Shown: piece after piece, positions 34,708-43,028 of the stretch | Layout of the letters: every line of letters begins with the position of its first letter | Numbering within the stretch: the stretch's first letter is position 1 | Origin: Caulobacteraceae bacterium | Lineage (GTDB): Bacteria > Pseudomonadota > Alphaproteobacteria > Caulobacterales > Caulobacteraceae | Length of the DNA: 43,028 bases | Assembly (NCBI GenBank): GCA_947474775.1 | Contig: CANJKG010000001.1 | Span: 1-43,028, forward strand | Reading direction: 5' to 3' | Translations under genes and position numbers: made by a program | The notes under the pieces: generated by a model | Told to the model about the DNA's origin: nothing | The model's database searches: none | Seen by the model: the letters and a program-made list of their open reading frames with translations, nothing else

Positions 34708-36088
34708 GCGCCCTGCGGCTGAGGCGTGGGTCGACCGCGAAATAGAGCAGGCCGGCCAGGGCCGCCAGGTCGAGGAAGTAAAGGTAGCGGTAGTCGCAGG
34801 CCAGCGAGACCAGGAAGAAGCTGGCCGCGAAGCCCAGGGCCGCCAGCATCAGCCCGGCCATCGGCAGGTCCGCCGGATCGCGGCGCAGCAGCAGCAGGCC
34901 CCCCACCGCCAGCGCGATCGCCGCATAGGCCAGGTGCGAGAACACCGGCGTGTCCAGGAGCCAAGTGGCGTAGTTGTAGACCTGGATATCCGCCGGGTCC
35001 TTGCCCATGGCGACGCCCAGGGTCTCGGTGGCCTGCGGGTCGCCCTCCACGCCCACGCTCAGCGGCAGGCAACGGTCGATCACCGGGGTGAGGAAAACCC
35101 AGCGGAACACCTCCACGCGGTGGCGCAGGTAGAGGTCCGGCCGCTGCATGACCAGCTCGCTCCACTGGGCGGCCAGCTTGCGCTCGGAGATCTTGGCGAT
35201 GGCGTCGGTGAAGCCGGCGTCCTGGGCGAGGAAATCCACCCGCTCGGCGGAATAGTAGCGCGGCGCGATGATGCGCAGCGAGGCCACGGCGGCCGGCGGC
35301 GCGGTCTTCTCAAGGGCGTCCAGGCGCACCTGGGGCTCCAGGGCGATCATGCCGAGGAGGTCGTAGTTCTGCAGGATGCGCACGCCCTTGCCCATGCCGT
35401 CGCCGGAGCCGTTCTTGGCGGAGGGCGGCGCCGGCGTGGCGTAGGTCCCCATGACCTGCATCGTCGCCAGCAGGACCAGGAGGCCGCAAAGACCCCAGCC
35501 CAGGCCCCGCCGCAGGGCGCCGCGAGCCGCGGTCCAGCCCAAGGCCACGCAGGCCACGGCGCCGACGATGATCCCGTTCTGACGGGTGAGCGCGGCGGCG
35601 GCCAGGAGCAGGAGGGCCGCCAGCAGCCACAGCCAGCGCCGGGCCTTGGAATTCCACACCGCCGCGGCGTGGGCGAGGCTGACCATGCCGGCCACCGCGA
35701 GGTTCGCGAAGAACACGTCCTTCCAGACGATCGCCTGGTAGATCACCAGCTGTGGGGTGAACACGATGGCCGCGGCCACCAGGGCGCCCAGCCAGGATAC
35801 CTTGCCGCGCAGGGACGCGAAGGAGGCCAGGGCGCCGAACAGCAGCAGTGCGCTGGCCACCACATAGAGGCCCGTTCCCGCCACCACGGCGTCGAACACC
35901 CCCAGCACCCAGGAATAGAAGGCCGGCGCCCAGGTGATCCGCTGGTGGAACCGCCCCTCGGTGAGGCCGATGATGGAATCGTAGGTCAGGTGACCGGGCA
36001 GGTTCGCGGCCAACATCACCAGCAGGCCGGCGGCCAGGACGGCGAAGAACACCCGCTGGGCGATCAGATCAAATCCCGACCTCGGCAT
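34700..36088 (-). CDS. Polytopic membrane protein, probable GT-C fold glycosyltransferase
   Basis: ATG at 36088. Roughly 10-12 hydrophobic segments, first-loop PGHLTYDS, WKDVFF, RQN, a large soluble loop and DYRY near the C-terminus. Confidence 0.6.
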   Translation of the reverse strand: MPRSGFDLIAQRVFFAVLAAGLLVMLAANLPGHLTYDSIIGLTEGRFHQRITWAPAFYSWVLGVFDAVVAGTGLYVVASALLLFGALASFASLRGKVSWLGALVAAAIVFTPQLVIYQAIVWKDVFFANLAVAGMVSLAHAAAVWNSKARRWLWLLAALLLLAAAALTRQNGIIVGAVACVALGWTAARGALRRGLGWGLCGLLVLLATMQVMGTYATPAPPSAKNGSGDGMGKGVRILQNYDLLGMIALEPQVRLDALEKTAPPAAVASLRIIAPRYYSAERVDFLAQDAGFTDAIAKISERKLAAQWSELVMQRPDLYLRHRVEVFRWVFLTPVIDRCLPLSVGVEGDPQATETLGVAMGKDPADIQVYNYATWLLDTPVFSHLAYAAIALAVGGLLLLRRDPADLPMAGLMLAALGFAASFFLVSLACDYRYLYFLDLAALAGLLYFAVDPRLSRRAPR

Positions 36089-36172
36089 CGGCCCCCGCGC
36101 GACTCCCTGGCGTCCTGCGGCTAGGGTTAGGGCGGCGGCCGGGAATTGAGAAGCCGGAATCGCGGAGGGTCC

Positions 36173-36934
36173 ATGGCCATCGTCTACGTCCTGGCCCATT
36201 TCGACGACGAGGTCGGCTGTCTGCCGATGATCCGCCGCGCCGCCCGGGCGGGACTGGACCAGCGCTTCCTCTACCTGGCCGATTACCGCAGCCCGCGCAT
36301 GGCCGCCCGGCGGCTGGCAGAGACCCACGCCGCGCTGCGCGCCGAGGGGATCGGCCCGGACCGCATCGCGCACTTGGGGCTTGGGATCGAAGCCTGGGAC
36401 GGGCGCCTGCACCACGCCCTGCCGGCCGCCTATGCGGCGCTGGACGCCGCGCTCGCGCGGATCGGCGCCGTGGAGCGCCTGGTCTCGCCGGCCTGGGAAG
36501 GCGGCCACATGGACCACGACATGTGCGCCTTGCTTGCGGTGCGATGGTCGCAGCGGAAAGGCGGCCTGCGGGTGGAGCAGTTCCCCTTCTACAGCGCCCA
36601 GGGACTTCCCTTCCCCCTGTTACGCGCCGTGGCGCCGCTGGCCGCCAATGGCCGGCGGGAGACCCTGGCCCTGACCGCGGCCGAGCGGCGGCGCTGGCTG
36701 GGGGCGGCGTTCCACTATCCGTCGCAGGCCTTCGCCTGGGCGGGCATCTGGCCGGCCCTGGCTTGGGGCGTCACGCGCCACGGCTTCGGCCTACAACGGC
36801 CCGATCCAGCGCGGGTGGACGAGCGGCCTCACGGGGGTCCGCTGTTCTACGAGCGGATGTTCCGCGTCCCCTATGAGGAGGTCCGGGCGGCGGCCGATGC
36901 GGGCCTGCCGGCGCCGCGACGATCAGGGGGCTAG
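36173..36934 (+). CDS. PIG-L family N-acetyl-sugar deacetylase
   Basis: ATG at 36173 with GGAGG RBS; AHFDDE and GGHMDHD metal-binding motifs; C-terminal YPSQ. Confidence 0.85.
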   Translation: MAIVYVLAHFDDEVGCLPMIRRAARAGLDQRFLYLADYRSPRMAARRLAETHAALRAEGIGPDRIAHLGLGIEAWDGRLHHALPAAYAALDAALARIGAVERLVSPAWEGGHMDHDMCALLAVRWSQRKGGLRVEQFPFYSAQGLPFPLLRAVAPLAANGRRETLALTAAERRRWLGAAFHYPSQAFAWAGIWPALAWGVTRHGFGLQRPDPARVDERPHGGPLFYERMFRVPYEEVRAAADAGLPAPRRSGG

Positions 36935-36993
36935 GCGGCGAGGCTGTCGCGCCGTAGATTTCCCGGCGAGGGACGGCTCCTGGAGCTGTCGAG

Positions 36994-37845
36994 ATGGGTC
37001 TCAAGGTATCGAAGGCGGTCCTACTGGCCGCTGGACTGGCTGTGGGCGCGGGGTCAGCCCAGGCCGCCGTCAAGCGTGCGCCCGCGCGCGCCGCGCCCGC
37101 ATGGGTCATCACCCCCACCGACCAGGCCTGCCGCGCGGAGCTGGAGCTCACCGGCCGCTCCGGCGCCGTGGCCGAGGTCTCGCTGGAGTCGGACGGGGGG
37201 AGCATCGTCCTGCGCTTCGCCCGCGAGGAGGTCCCGGCCGTCGCCTTCCTGCCGATCCGCATCGACCAGAAGCCCTACGCCAACCTGGTGCAGCGCACCG
37301 AGGGCGCCACGGCGATCATGACGTTGAGCGAGGAGACGGTGGCGGCCCTGCGCAAGGGCTCGACCCTGCAGGTCGCCTGGCTGGCCGCCGAGCCCCTGGC
37401 CGCGCCGCTGGCCGGTTCCGAGCAGGGGCTGGTCGACCTGCGGATCTGCGGCGCCCAGGTGGCGGGCCAGCGCCGTGCCCGCGAGATGGCGCGCGAGGCC
37501 CAGCAGGCCCGCGCCGAGGCCGAGGCCCGCGCCAGGGCGCTGTCGGACGAGCAGCTGGCCGCCGCCAAGGCCCAGACCGCCGCCGCCGAGGCCGAGCGTC
37601 GCCGGGTGGCGGCGGAGGCGTCGCGGCTCGCCGCCGAGAGCGACCGGCTGGCCGCCGAGGCCCAGCGCCAGCGCGCCCTGGCCCAGGCCGAGGCGCAGCG
37701 GCGCGAGCAGGCGGCCTTCGCGGCCCGCTATGAGGACTACCAGCCGCCGCAGCGCTGGGCGCCCTATCGCGAGGCCGCGCCCTACCGCCAGCCGCAGCCC
37801 TATCGCGGCCGCGGCTATTACGACGACGACGAATACTACAACTGA
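36994..37845 (+). CDS. Hypothetical exported protein with Ala/Glu/Arg-rich coiled coil and Tyr/Pro-rich tail
   Basis: Signal peptide ending AQA, a small two-Cys globular domain and a long helical region. Confidence 0.7.
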   Translation: MGLKVSKAVLLAAGLAVGAGSAQAAVKRAPARAAPAWVITPTDQACRAELELTGRSGAVAEVSLESDGGSIVLRFAREEVPAVAFLPIRIDQKPYANLVQRTEGATAIMTLSEETVAALRKGSTLQVAWLAAEPLAAPLAGSEQGLVDLRICGAQVAGQRRAREMAREAQQARAEAEARARALSDEQLAAAKAQTAAAEAERRRVAAEASRLAAESDRLAAEAQRQRALAQAEAQRREQAAFAARYEDYQPPQRWAPYREAAPYRQPQPYRGRGYYDDDEYYN

Positions 37846-37849
37846 GTGA

Positions 37850-38095
37850 TCAGTCCTCGAACGGGGGCGGCAGCTGGCCGGACCTGAACAGGATGGTGGG
37901 GTTCTCGTCATAGTCGCCGAGCTCGGTGTCCGCGGTGATCGAGAAGGCCACCACGCCCAGGCGCAGGGGCCCCAGGCGCTCGGCCTTGCGGCGGGCCTCC
38001 TCGGCGGTCTTGCAGCCCACCTGGGGCTCGGGCTTCAGGGCCTTGCCGCGCCCGGCGACATAGGCCTGGACGATGTAGACGGTTTCCATGGGCAT
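37850..38095 (-). CDS. Small hypothetical protein (79-81 aa)
   Basis: Normal composition and codon usage (YIVQAY, AEEARRKAERL, GVVAFS, GDYDENP); fills the intergenic gap. Start is 38095 or 38089. Confidence 0.7.
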   Translation of the reverse strand: MPMETVYIVQAYVAGRGKALKPEPQVGCKTAEEARRKAERLGPLRLGVVAFSITADTELGDYDENPTILFRSGQLPPPFED

Positions 38096-38159
38096 GCCGA
38101 TGACACGCGCCGTAACGGCGGCGCGGTCAAGGGCGGGCGTGGAAAGCCTCCGTCAGACG

Positions 38160-39157
38160 TCAGGCGAGGGCGCGCCGGCGGCGCTGCCCACGCAGGGCCG
38201 CGCCGAGGCCGGTGAAGCCCATGATCAGCATGGCCCAGGTCGAGGGCTCGGGGATGCCGGGGGTTACCGGCCGCTCAAAGCCGCTGATGACCACGACCTG
38301 GTTGCCGCCGCCGAAGGTGGAAAACAGGAAGTCGCCGGTGAGCGGGTCGATGATCGCGCCCTCGGCGCCGCTGAGGCCGGTGAGGAAGTCGCGGCGGCTG
38401 GCCAGGACCAGGTTGCCGCTGGCGTCGATGTCATAGGCGCCCACGCTGCCGGTGCCGAATTCCGACAGCAGCACCTATCGACGCCGAAGCCGTCGTTGGC
38501 GCCGTCCACGTAGACGATGCCTTCCGGGCCCCGGCCGGGGGTGTTGATGTAGGTGACGGCGCCAATGTCGTAGGTGCCCGAGCCGTCCGCCGTCAGGGTC
38601 ACGTCGTACCAGGTGCCGGCGCTGTAGCTGGCGATCTTGAAGCCGCCGGCGCCGTTGAAGCCGAGCGGCACGAACTGAAGCGTGCCCGTCGACGAGGCGA
38701 TCCCTTCCGCGGTCAGGTCGATGATCTTGTCAGGGCTGGCGCTGCCCGGCTTGAACTGCAGCAGGGTGTTGTTCGAAAAGGTGGTGGCGAACAGCACGCC
38801 GCCGGGGCCGTAGGCCAGGCCACCGTCGATGTACGGCGCGTCCGCGAACGCGCTGGAAACACCGTCGAAGCCGATGATGTGGTTGTTGCCGTCCCGCAGC
38901 ACGTCGATCATCCGGATCACGCCGGAGCCGCCGTTGGCCGCGCCGCCGATCAGCAGGGTGTTGTTGTCGAGGAAGGTGAGGCCGCCGAGGTTGGCGGGGA
39001 TGCCGCTCGGAGTGCCCAGGGTGGTGCAGCTGTAGTCCGCCGCGAAGGCGGCGCCGAAGTTGATCCCCGCGCCGCAGGGCGCCGCCTGGGCGGCTGTTCC
39101 GGCCAGCATGAGGGCCGCGACGGCCGCGCTCGCGGCGAGAGTCTTGAGAGTGCGCAT
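38160..39157 (-). pseudogene. PEPxxWA-CTERM (PEP-CTERM) sorting-domain surface protein with a -1 frameshift at about 38475
   Basis: Signal peptide from the ATG at 39157 and a beta-propeller-like body (GPEGIVY, GAEGAIIDP). The junction GAT AG GTG CTG lacks one base. C-terminus is IPEPSTWAMLIMGFTGLGAALRGQRRRR. Confidence 0.85.
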
Positions 39158-39267
39158 GGAAGCCCCTTTCCACCGTCCCTCCGCCGACCCGTCGGGACAT
39201 CCTTTCCCCAAGGTGATGCTCAACGTGGCGTTAAGCAACCGGACTCTCGCGAGACGCGAACGCGACT

Positions 39268-40164
39268 CTACTCGGCGGGGTCCTTGAAGCCCTGCGGCTG
39301 ATCCGCCAGCTGGATCAGATACTGTCCGTACTGGCTCTTGGCCTGCCCCCCCGCGATCTCCAGCAGCTGCGCCCGGTCGATCCAGCCGTGGTGGTAGCAG
39401 ATCTCCTCCAGGCAGCCGATGCGCAGGCCCTGGCGCTGCTCGAAGGTGCGGATCAGTTCGCCGGCCTGGATCAGGCTGTCGTGGGTGCCGGCGTCCTCCC
39501 AGGCGAAGCCGCGGCCCAGTTGCTCCACATAGAGCTCGCCCGCCTCCAGATAGAGCTGGTTAAGCGAGGTGATCTCCAGCTCGCCGCGGGCCGAGCGGGT
39601 GAGCGTCTTGGCCAGCTCAGAGGCGCGGCCGTCATAGAAATAGAGGCCGGTGACCGCCAGGTTGGAGCGCGGCTTGCTGGGCTTCTCCTCGATGTTGAGC
39701 GCCCGGCCTTCGGCGTCCATCTCGACGACGCCATACCGCTCGGGGTCATGAACGGGATAGGCGAAAACGGTGGCGCCCTTGGCGCGGCTGTCGGCCGACT
39801 TCAGCATCTTCGAAAAATTCTGACCGAAGAAGATGTTGTCGCCCAGGATCATCACGCTGGGCTCGCCGGCCACGAAGTCCTCGCCCAGCAGGTAGGCCTC
39901 GGCCAGGCCGCCCGGCGTCGGCTGGACCACATATTCGAACCGCACGCCGAGCTTCGAGCCGTCGCCCAGCAGCCGCTGGAAGCCGGACTGGTCCTCAGGG
40001 GTGGTGATGATCAGGATCTCGCGCACGCCGGCCAGCAGCAGCACCGACAGCGGATAGTAGATCATCGGCTTGTCGTAGACCGGCAGGAGCTGCTTGGACA
40101 CCGCGATGGTCAGGGGGTGCAGTCGGGTGCCGGCGCCGCCCGCCAGGATGATTCCGCGCCTCAT
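39268..40164 (-). CDS. rfbA: Glucose-1-phosphate thymidylyltransferase RmlA
   Basis: [51 protein letters not shown]. Confidence 0.97.
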   Translation of the reverse strand: MRRGIILAGGAGTRLHPLTIAVSKQLLPVYDKPMIYYPLSVLLLAGVREILIITTPEDQSGFQRLLGDGSKLGVRFEYVVQPTPGGLAEAYLLGEDFVAGEPSVMILGDNIFFGQNFSKMLKSADSRAKGATVFAYPVHDPERYGVVEMDAEGRALNIEEKPSKPRSNLAVTGLYFYDGRASELAKTLTRSARGELEITSLNQLYLEAGELYVEQLGRGFAWEDAGTHDSLIQAGELIRTFEQRQGLRIGCLEEICYHHGWIDRAQLLEIAGGQAKSQYGQYLIQLADQPQGFKDPAE

Positions 40165-40174
40165 CTCGTTCCTC

Positions 40175-41062
40175 TCAGGCCTGCGCCTTCAAATCGGCCA
40201 CGATCTCGGCCAGGGCCTCGCGCCAGGGCCGGGGCGTGACCCCATAGACCTGCTCCAGCCGCCTGGTGTCCAGCGTCCCACGAAGCGGGCGCCTGGCGGG
40301 CGAGGGCCGGTCGGCCGTCGCGATGGCGCCGACCTCGGGCGCCTGGGCGCCCAGCGCAATCTCGAACACCCCTTGGGCGAATCCACGCCAGCTCACCTCG
40401 CCCGCATTGGCGAAGTGGTGGACGCCGAACAAAGGGTCGCCGGCCGGGGCGGCCGCCAGGCGCGGGGCCTGGGACAGCACGAAGGCCGCCAGGTCGGCGG
40501 CGGCGGTGGGGCGGCCGAACTGGTCGTCGACCACGTTCAGCGGATTCCCCTCGCCCGCCAGCCGCAGCATGGTCTTGACGAAATTCTTGCCATGGGCGGA
40601 GACAACCCAGGAGGTGCGCAGCACCAAGGCGCGCGGACAGGCCGCCAGCACCGCGCGCTCGCCCTCCAGCTTGGTCAGGCCATAGGCGTTGGGGGGCCCG
40701 ACGGGATCGTCCTCCACATAGGGAGAGCCCTTGTCGCCGGCGAAGACATAGTCGGTGGAAAAGGTGACCATGGCCGCACCGACCTCGGCGCAGGCGGCGG
40801 CGATGGCGCCCGGGGTCTGCGCGTTGACGGTGCGGGCCAGGGCGGTCTCGGTCTCGGCCAGGTCCACGGCGGTGTAGGCGGCGGCCAGGACGACCAGGTC
40901 GGGCCTCAGCTCCCGCACCCCGGCCGCGCAGGCGGCGGGATCGGCAAGGTCGGCCTGCGCTCGCGACAGGGCGGTGACCGCGACGTCGTGGGCGGGCGCC
41001 TGGCGCAGGAGTTCGAGCCCCACCTGGCCGGTGGTCCCGAACTGCAGGACGCGGAGGCTCAT
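40175..41062 (-). CDS. rfbD: dTDP-4-dehydrorhamnose reductase RmlD
   Basis: [48 protein letters not shown]. Confidence 0.96.
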   Translation of the reverse strand: MSLRVLQFGTTGQVGLELLRQAPAHDVAVTALSRAQADLADPAACAAGVRELRPDLVVLAAAYTAVDLAETETALARTVNAQTPGAIAAACAEVGAAMVTFSTDYVFAGDKGSPYVEDDPVGPPNAYGLTKLEGERAVLAACPRALVLRTSWVVSAHGKNFVKTMLRLAGEGNPLNVVDDQFGRPTAAADLAAFVLSQAPRLAAAPAGDPLFGVHHFANAGEVSWRGFAQGVFEIALGAQAPEVGAIATADRPSPARRPLRGTLDTRRLEQVYGVTPRPWREALAEIVADLKAQA

Positions 41063-42108
41063 CCCTTGACGAGGCCCAGGCGCTCGGAATGGAAGCCGCG
41101 CTGGCGGATGCCCTCCACCCAGTCGGCGTTCTCCACGTACCAGCGCACGGTGTCCTCCAGGCCGGCCTCCAGCGGCATGCGCGGGGTCCAGCCCAGTTCC
41201 TTCTCCAGCTTGGAGGCGTCGATGGAGTAGCGGAAGTCATGGCCCGGGCGGTCGGTGACGAAGGAAATCTTCTTGTCGTGCGCTTCGTTGGCCGGGGCGA
41301 ATTTGTCCAGGTGGGCGCAGAGGATGCGGACCACCTCGATGTTGCGCTTGGTGGCGTCGCCGCCGATGCAATAGGTCTCGCCGAGGCGGCCCTTCTGGAG
41401 CACCAGCAGCAGGGCCTCGGCGTGGTCGTCCACGTGCAGCCAGTCGCGCACCTGGCGGCCGTCGCCATATACGGGGATGGTCTTGCCCTCCAGCGCCCGG
41501 GTGATCACCGTCGGGATCAGCTTCTCGGGGAATTGGTAGGGGCCGTAGTTATTGGAGCAGTTGGTGAGCACGACCGGCAGGCCGTAAGTACGCGCCCAGG
41601 CCCGGGCCAGGTGGTCGGCGCCGGCCTTGGAGGCCGAATAGGGCGAGTTGGGGTCGTAGGGGGTGTCCTCGGTGAAGTCTCCGTCCTCGCCGAGCGCCCC
41701 GAACACCTCGTCGGTGGAGATGTGGTGGAAGCGGAAGGCCGCCCTGGCCGCATCGTCCAGGCCGTTCCAGTGGGCGCGGGCCGCTTCCAGCATCACCGCC
41801 GTGCCCATGACGTTGGTGCGCACGAAGTCGATCGGGCCTTCGATGGCGCGGTCGTTGTGGCTCTCCGCCGCCAGGTGCATCACCGCATCGGGCCGGTGGC
41901 GGGCGAAGATCGCCGCCACCCGGGGCGCGTCGCAGATATCGGCCTGTTCGAAGGCGTAGCCGGGATCGGCGGCGACCGAGGCCACGTTCTCGAGGTTGGC
42001 GGAATAGGTCAGGGCGTCGAGGTTGACCACCTGATGGCCGTCGGCGATCGCCCGGCGCACCACCGCCGAACCGATGAATCCGGCCCCGCCTGTCACAAGG
42101 ATTTTCAT
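41059..42108 (-). CDS. rfbB: dTDP-glucose 4,6-dehydratase RmlB
   Basis: ATG at 42108; [53 protein letters not shown]. Confidence 0.97.
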   Translation of the reverse strand: MKILVTGGAGFIGSAVVRRAIADGHQVVNLDALTYSANLENVASVAADPGYAFEQADICDAPRVAAIFARHRPDAVMHLAAESHNDRAIEGPIDFVRTNVMGTAVMLEAARAHWNGLDDAARAAFRFHHISTDEVFGALGEDGDFTEDTPYDPNSPYSASKAGADHLARAWARTYGLPVVLTNCSNNYGPYQFPEKLIPTVITRALEGKTIPVYGDGRQVRDWLHVDDHAEALLLVLQKGRLGETYCIGGDATKRNIEVVRILCAHLDKFAPANEAHDKKISFVTDRPGHDFRYSIDASKLEKELGWTPRMPLEAGLEDTVRWYVENADWVEGIRQRGFHSERLGLVKG

Positions 42109-42225
42109 GCAGACGCCTCTTACAGTGAAACCGGCCCCGCTCAAGGGTGGCGAAGGCTTGAACCCGCGGCCGATCTCGGCCAATCCCCGCCGGCTTTAGC
42201 TGTCAGGCGTTAGGGAAGCCTTTTC

Positions 42226-43028
42226 ATGGCCGATGACGCCAAACTCGCGGGCCGCGCGCCGCGCGACCTGACCACCGGGCCGGTGGGCCGCACCCTGGTG
42301 GCCTTCTCGCTGCCCGTGCTGGGCGCCAATGTGCTGCAGTCGGTGAACGGGTCGGCCAACGCCATCTGGGTCAGCCACGTGCTGGGCGAGGCGGCGCTGA
42401 CCGCCACGGTGAACGCCAACCAGATCTTCTTCCTGCTGGTGGGGGCGGTGTTCGGCCTGACCATGGCCGCCAACATCCTGATCGCCCAGGCCATCGGGGC
42501 CAGGGACCCGGCCGCCGCCAGGAAGGTGGCGGGGACGGCCACCAGCTTCTTCGTGGTCTTCGCCGTGGTGGTGGCGATCGCCGGCGCCGCCCTGACGCCG
42601 CACATCCTGACCCTGATGGCCACCCCGCCCGACGCCAAGGCCGACGCCATCGCCTACCTGCGGGTGATGTTTCTGGCGATCCCGTTCATCTACGTCTTCA
42701 CCTTCCTGATGACGGCGCTGAGAGGGGTGGGCGATTCCCGGACGCCCTTCTACTTCTCGCTGCTGTCCGTGGCCCTGGACATCACCCTGAACCCGCTGCT
42801 GATCATCGGGGTGGGGCCTTTCCCCCGGCTGGGGGTAGCCGGCGCCGCCACCTCAACCCTGGTGGCCCAGGCGGTCACCCTGGCGGCGATGTTCGTCCAC
42901 CTATATCGCAAGGGCTCGGTGATCGTGATCCGCCCCTCGGAGTGGCGGCTGCTGATCCCCGACCTGCGGATCGTCACCACCCTGTGGGCCAAGGGCCTGC
43001 CGATGGCGTTCCAGATGATCGCCGTCAC
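42226..43028 (+). CDS. MATE family efflux transporter, 3' end runs off the window
   Basis: Not in the ORF track because it is truncated. Manual translation gives MADDAKLAGRAPRDLTTGPVGRTLVAFSLPVLGANVLQS..., LRGVGDSRTPF, LDITLNPLLI, LGVAGAATST, GLPMA. Confidence 0.92.
   Translation, partial: MADDAKLAGRAPRDLTTGPVGRTLVAFSLPVLGANVLQSVNGSANAIWVSHVLGEAALTATVNANQIFFLLVGAVFGLTMAANILIAQAIGARDPAAARKVAGTATSFFVVFAVVVAIAGAALTPHILTLMATPPDAKADAIAYLRVMFLAIPFIYVFTFLMTALRGVGDSRTPFYFSLLSVALDITLNPLLIIGVGPFPRLGVAGAATSTLVAQAVTLAAMFVHLYRKGSVIVIRPSEWRLLIPDLRIVTTLWAKGLPMAFQMIAV

Noticed and set aside
16695-38485. Programmed frameshifting or phase variation at the two indels
   Set aside because: No slippery heptamer, homopolymer or short tandem repeat at either junction.
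13375-41645. Shared roughly 20-bp sequence ggccttggaggccgaataggg in rfbG and rfbB
   Set aside because: It encodes the conserved PYSASKA catalytic motif of related dehydratases.
6300-42200. Region as an integrated mobile element or prophage
   Set aside because: No integrase, transposase, tRNA target or flanking direct repeats were seen, and base composition looks similar to the pho genes by eye.
42226-43028. MATE protein as the missing polysaccharide flippase
   Set aside because: The motifs (DLTTGP, LRGVGDSRTP, LGVAGAA) fit drug-efflux MATE proteins rather than Wzx, and it is divergent from rfbB.

Overview
GC-rich alphaproteobacterial chromosome segment, most likely Caulobacteraceae and Phenylobacterium-like. 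The taxonomic guess rests on the phoR-pstCAB-phoU-phoB order without pstS, a PEPxxWA-CTERM protein and CTAG-bounded GANTC-rich intergenic palindromes. The left end (1-6.2 kb) is the Pho/Pst locus with two PHO-box candidates. The 6.3-42 kb stretch is a cell-surface glycosylation region containing: SemiSWEET; two paralogous TPR + GT41 (OGT/SPINDLY-like) protein glycosyltransferases; a 7-gene operon for a CDP-linked C-methylated 6-deoxysugar with no glycosyltransferase of its own; a large GT4; a 628-aa RTX (Ca-binding) protein with its own promoter, structured leader and terminator; a PrtD/PrtE (RsaD/RsaE-like) type I secretion pair; repeat-bearing glycosyltransferases; two sulfotransferase-like proteins; a GT-C-like/PIG-L module; and rfbBDA. 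A partial MATE gene ends the window. Two genes carry single-base frameshifts. The best candidate for an undescribed system is cytoplasmic GT41-type glycosylation of a type I-secreted RTX/S-layer-like protein with an unusual branched CDP-sugar. This is an inference from gene context and motifs. All family calls come from recognising motifs by eye, with no database searches.
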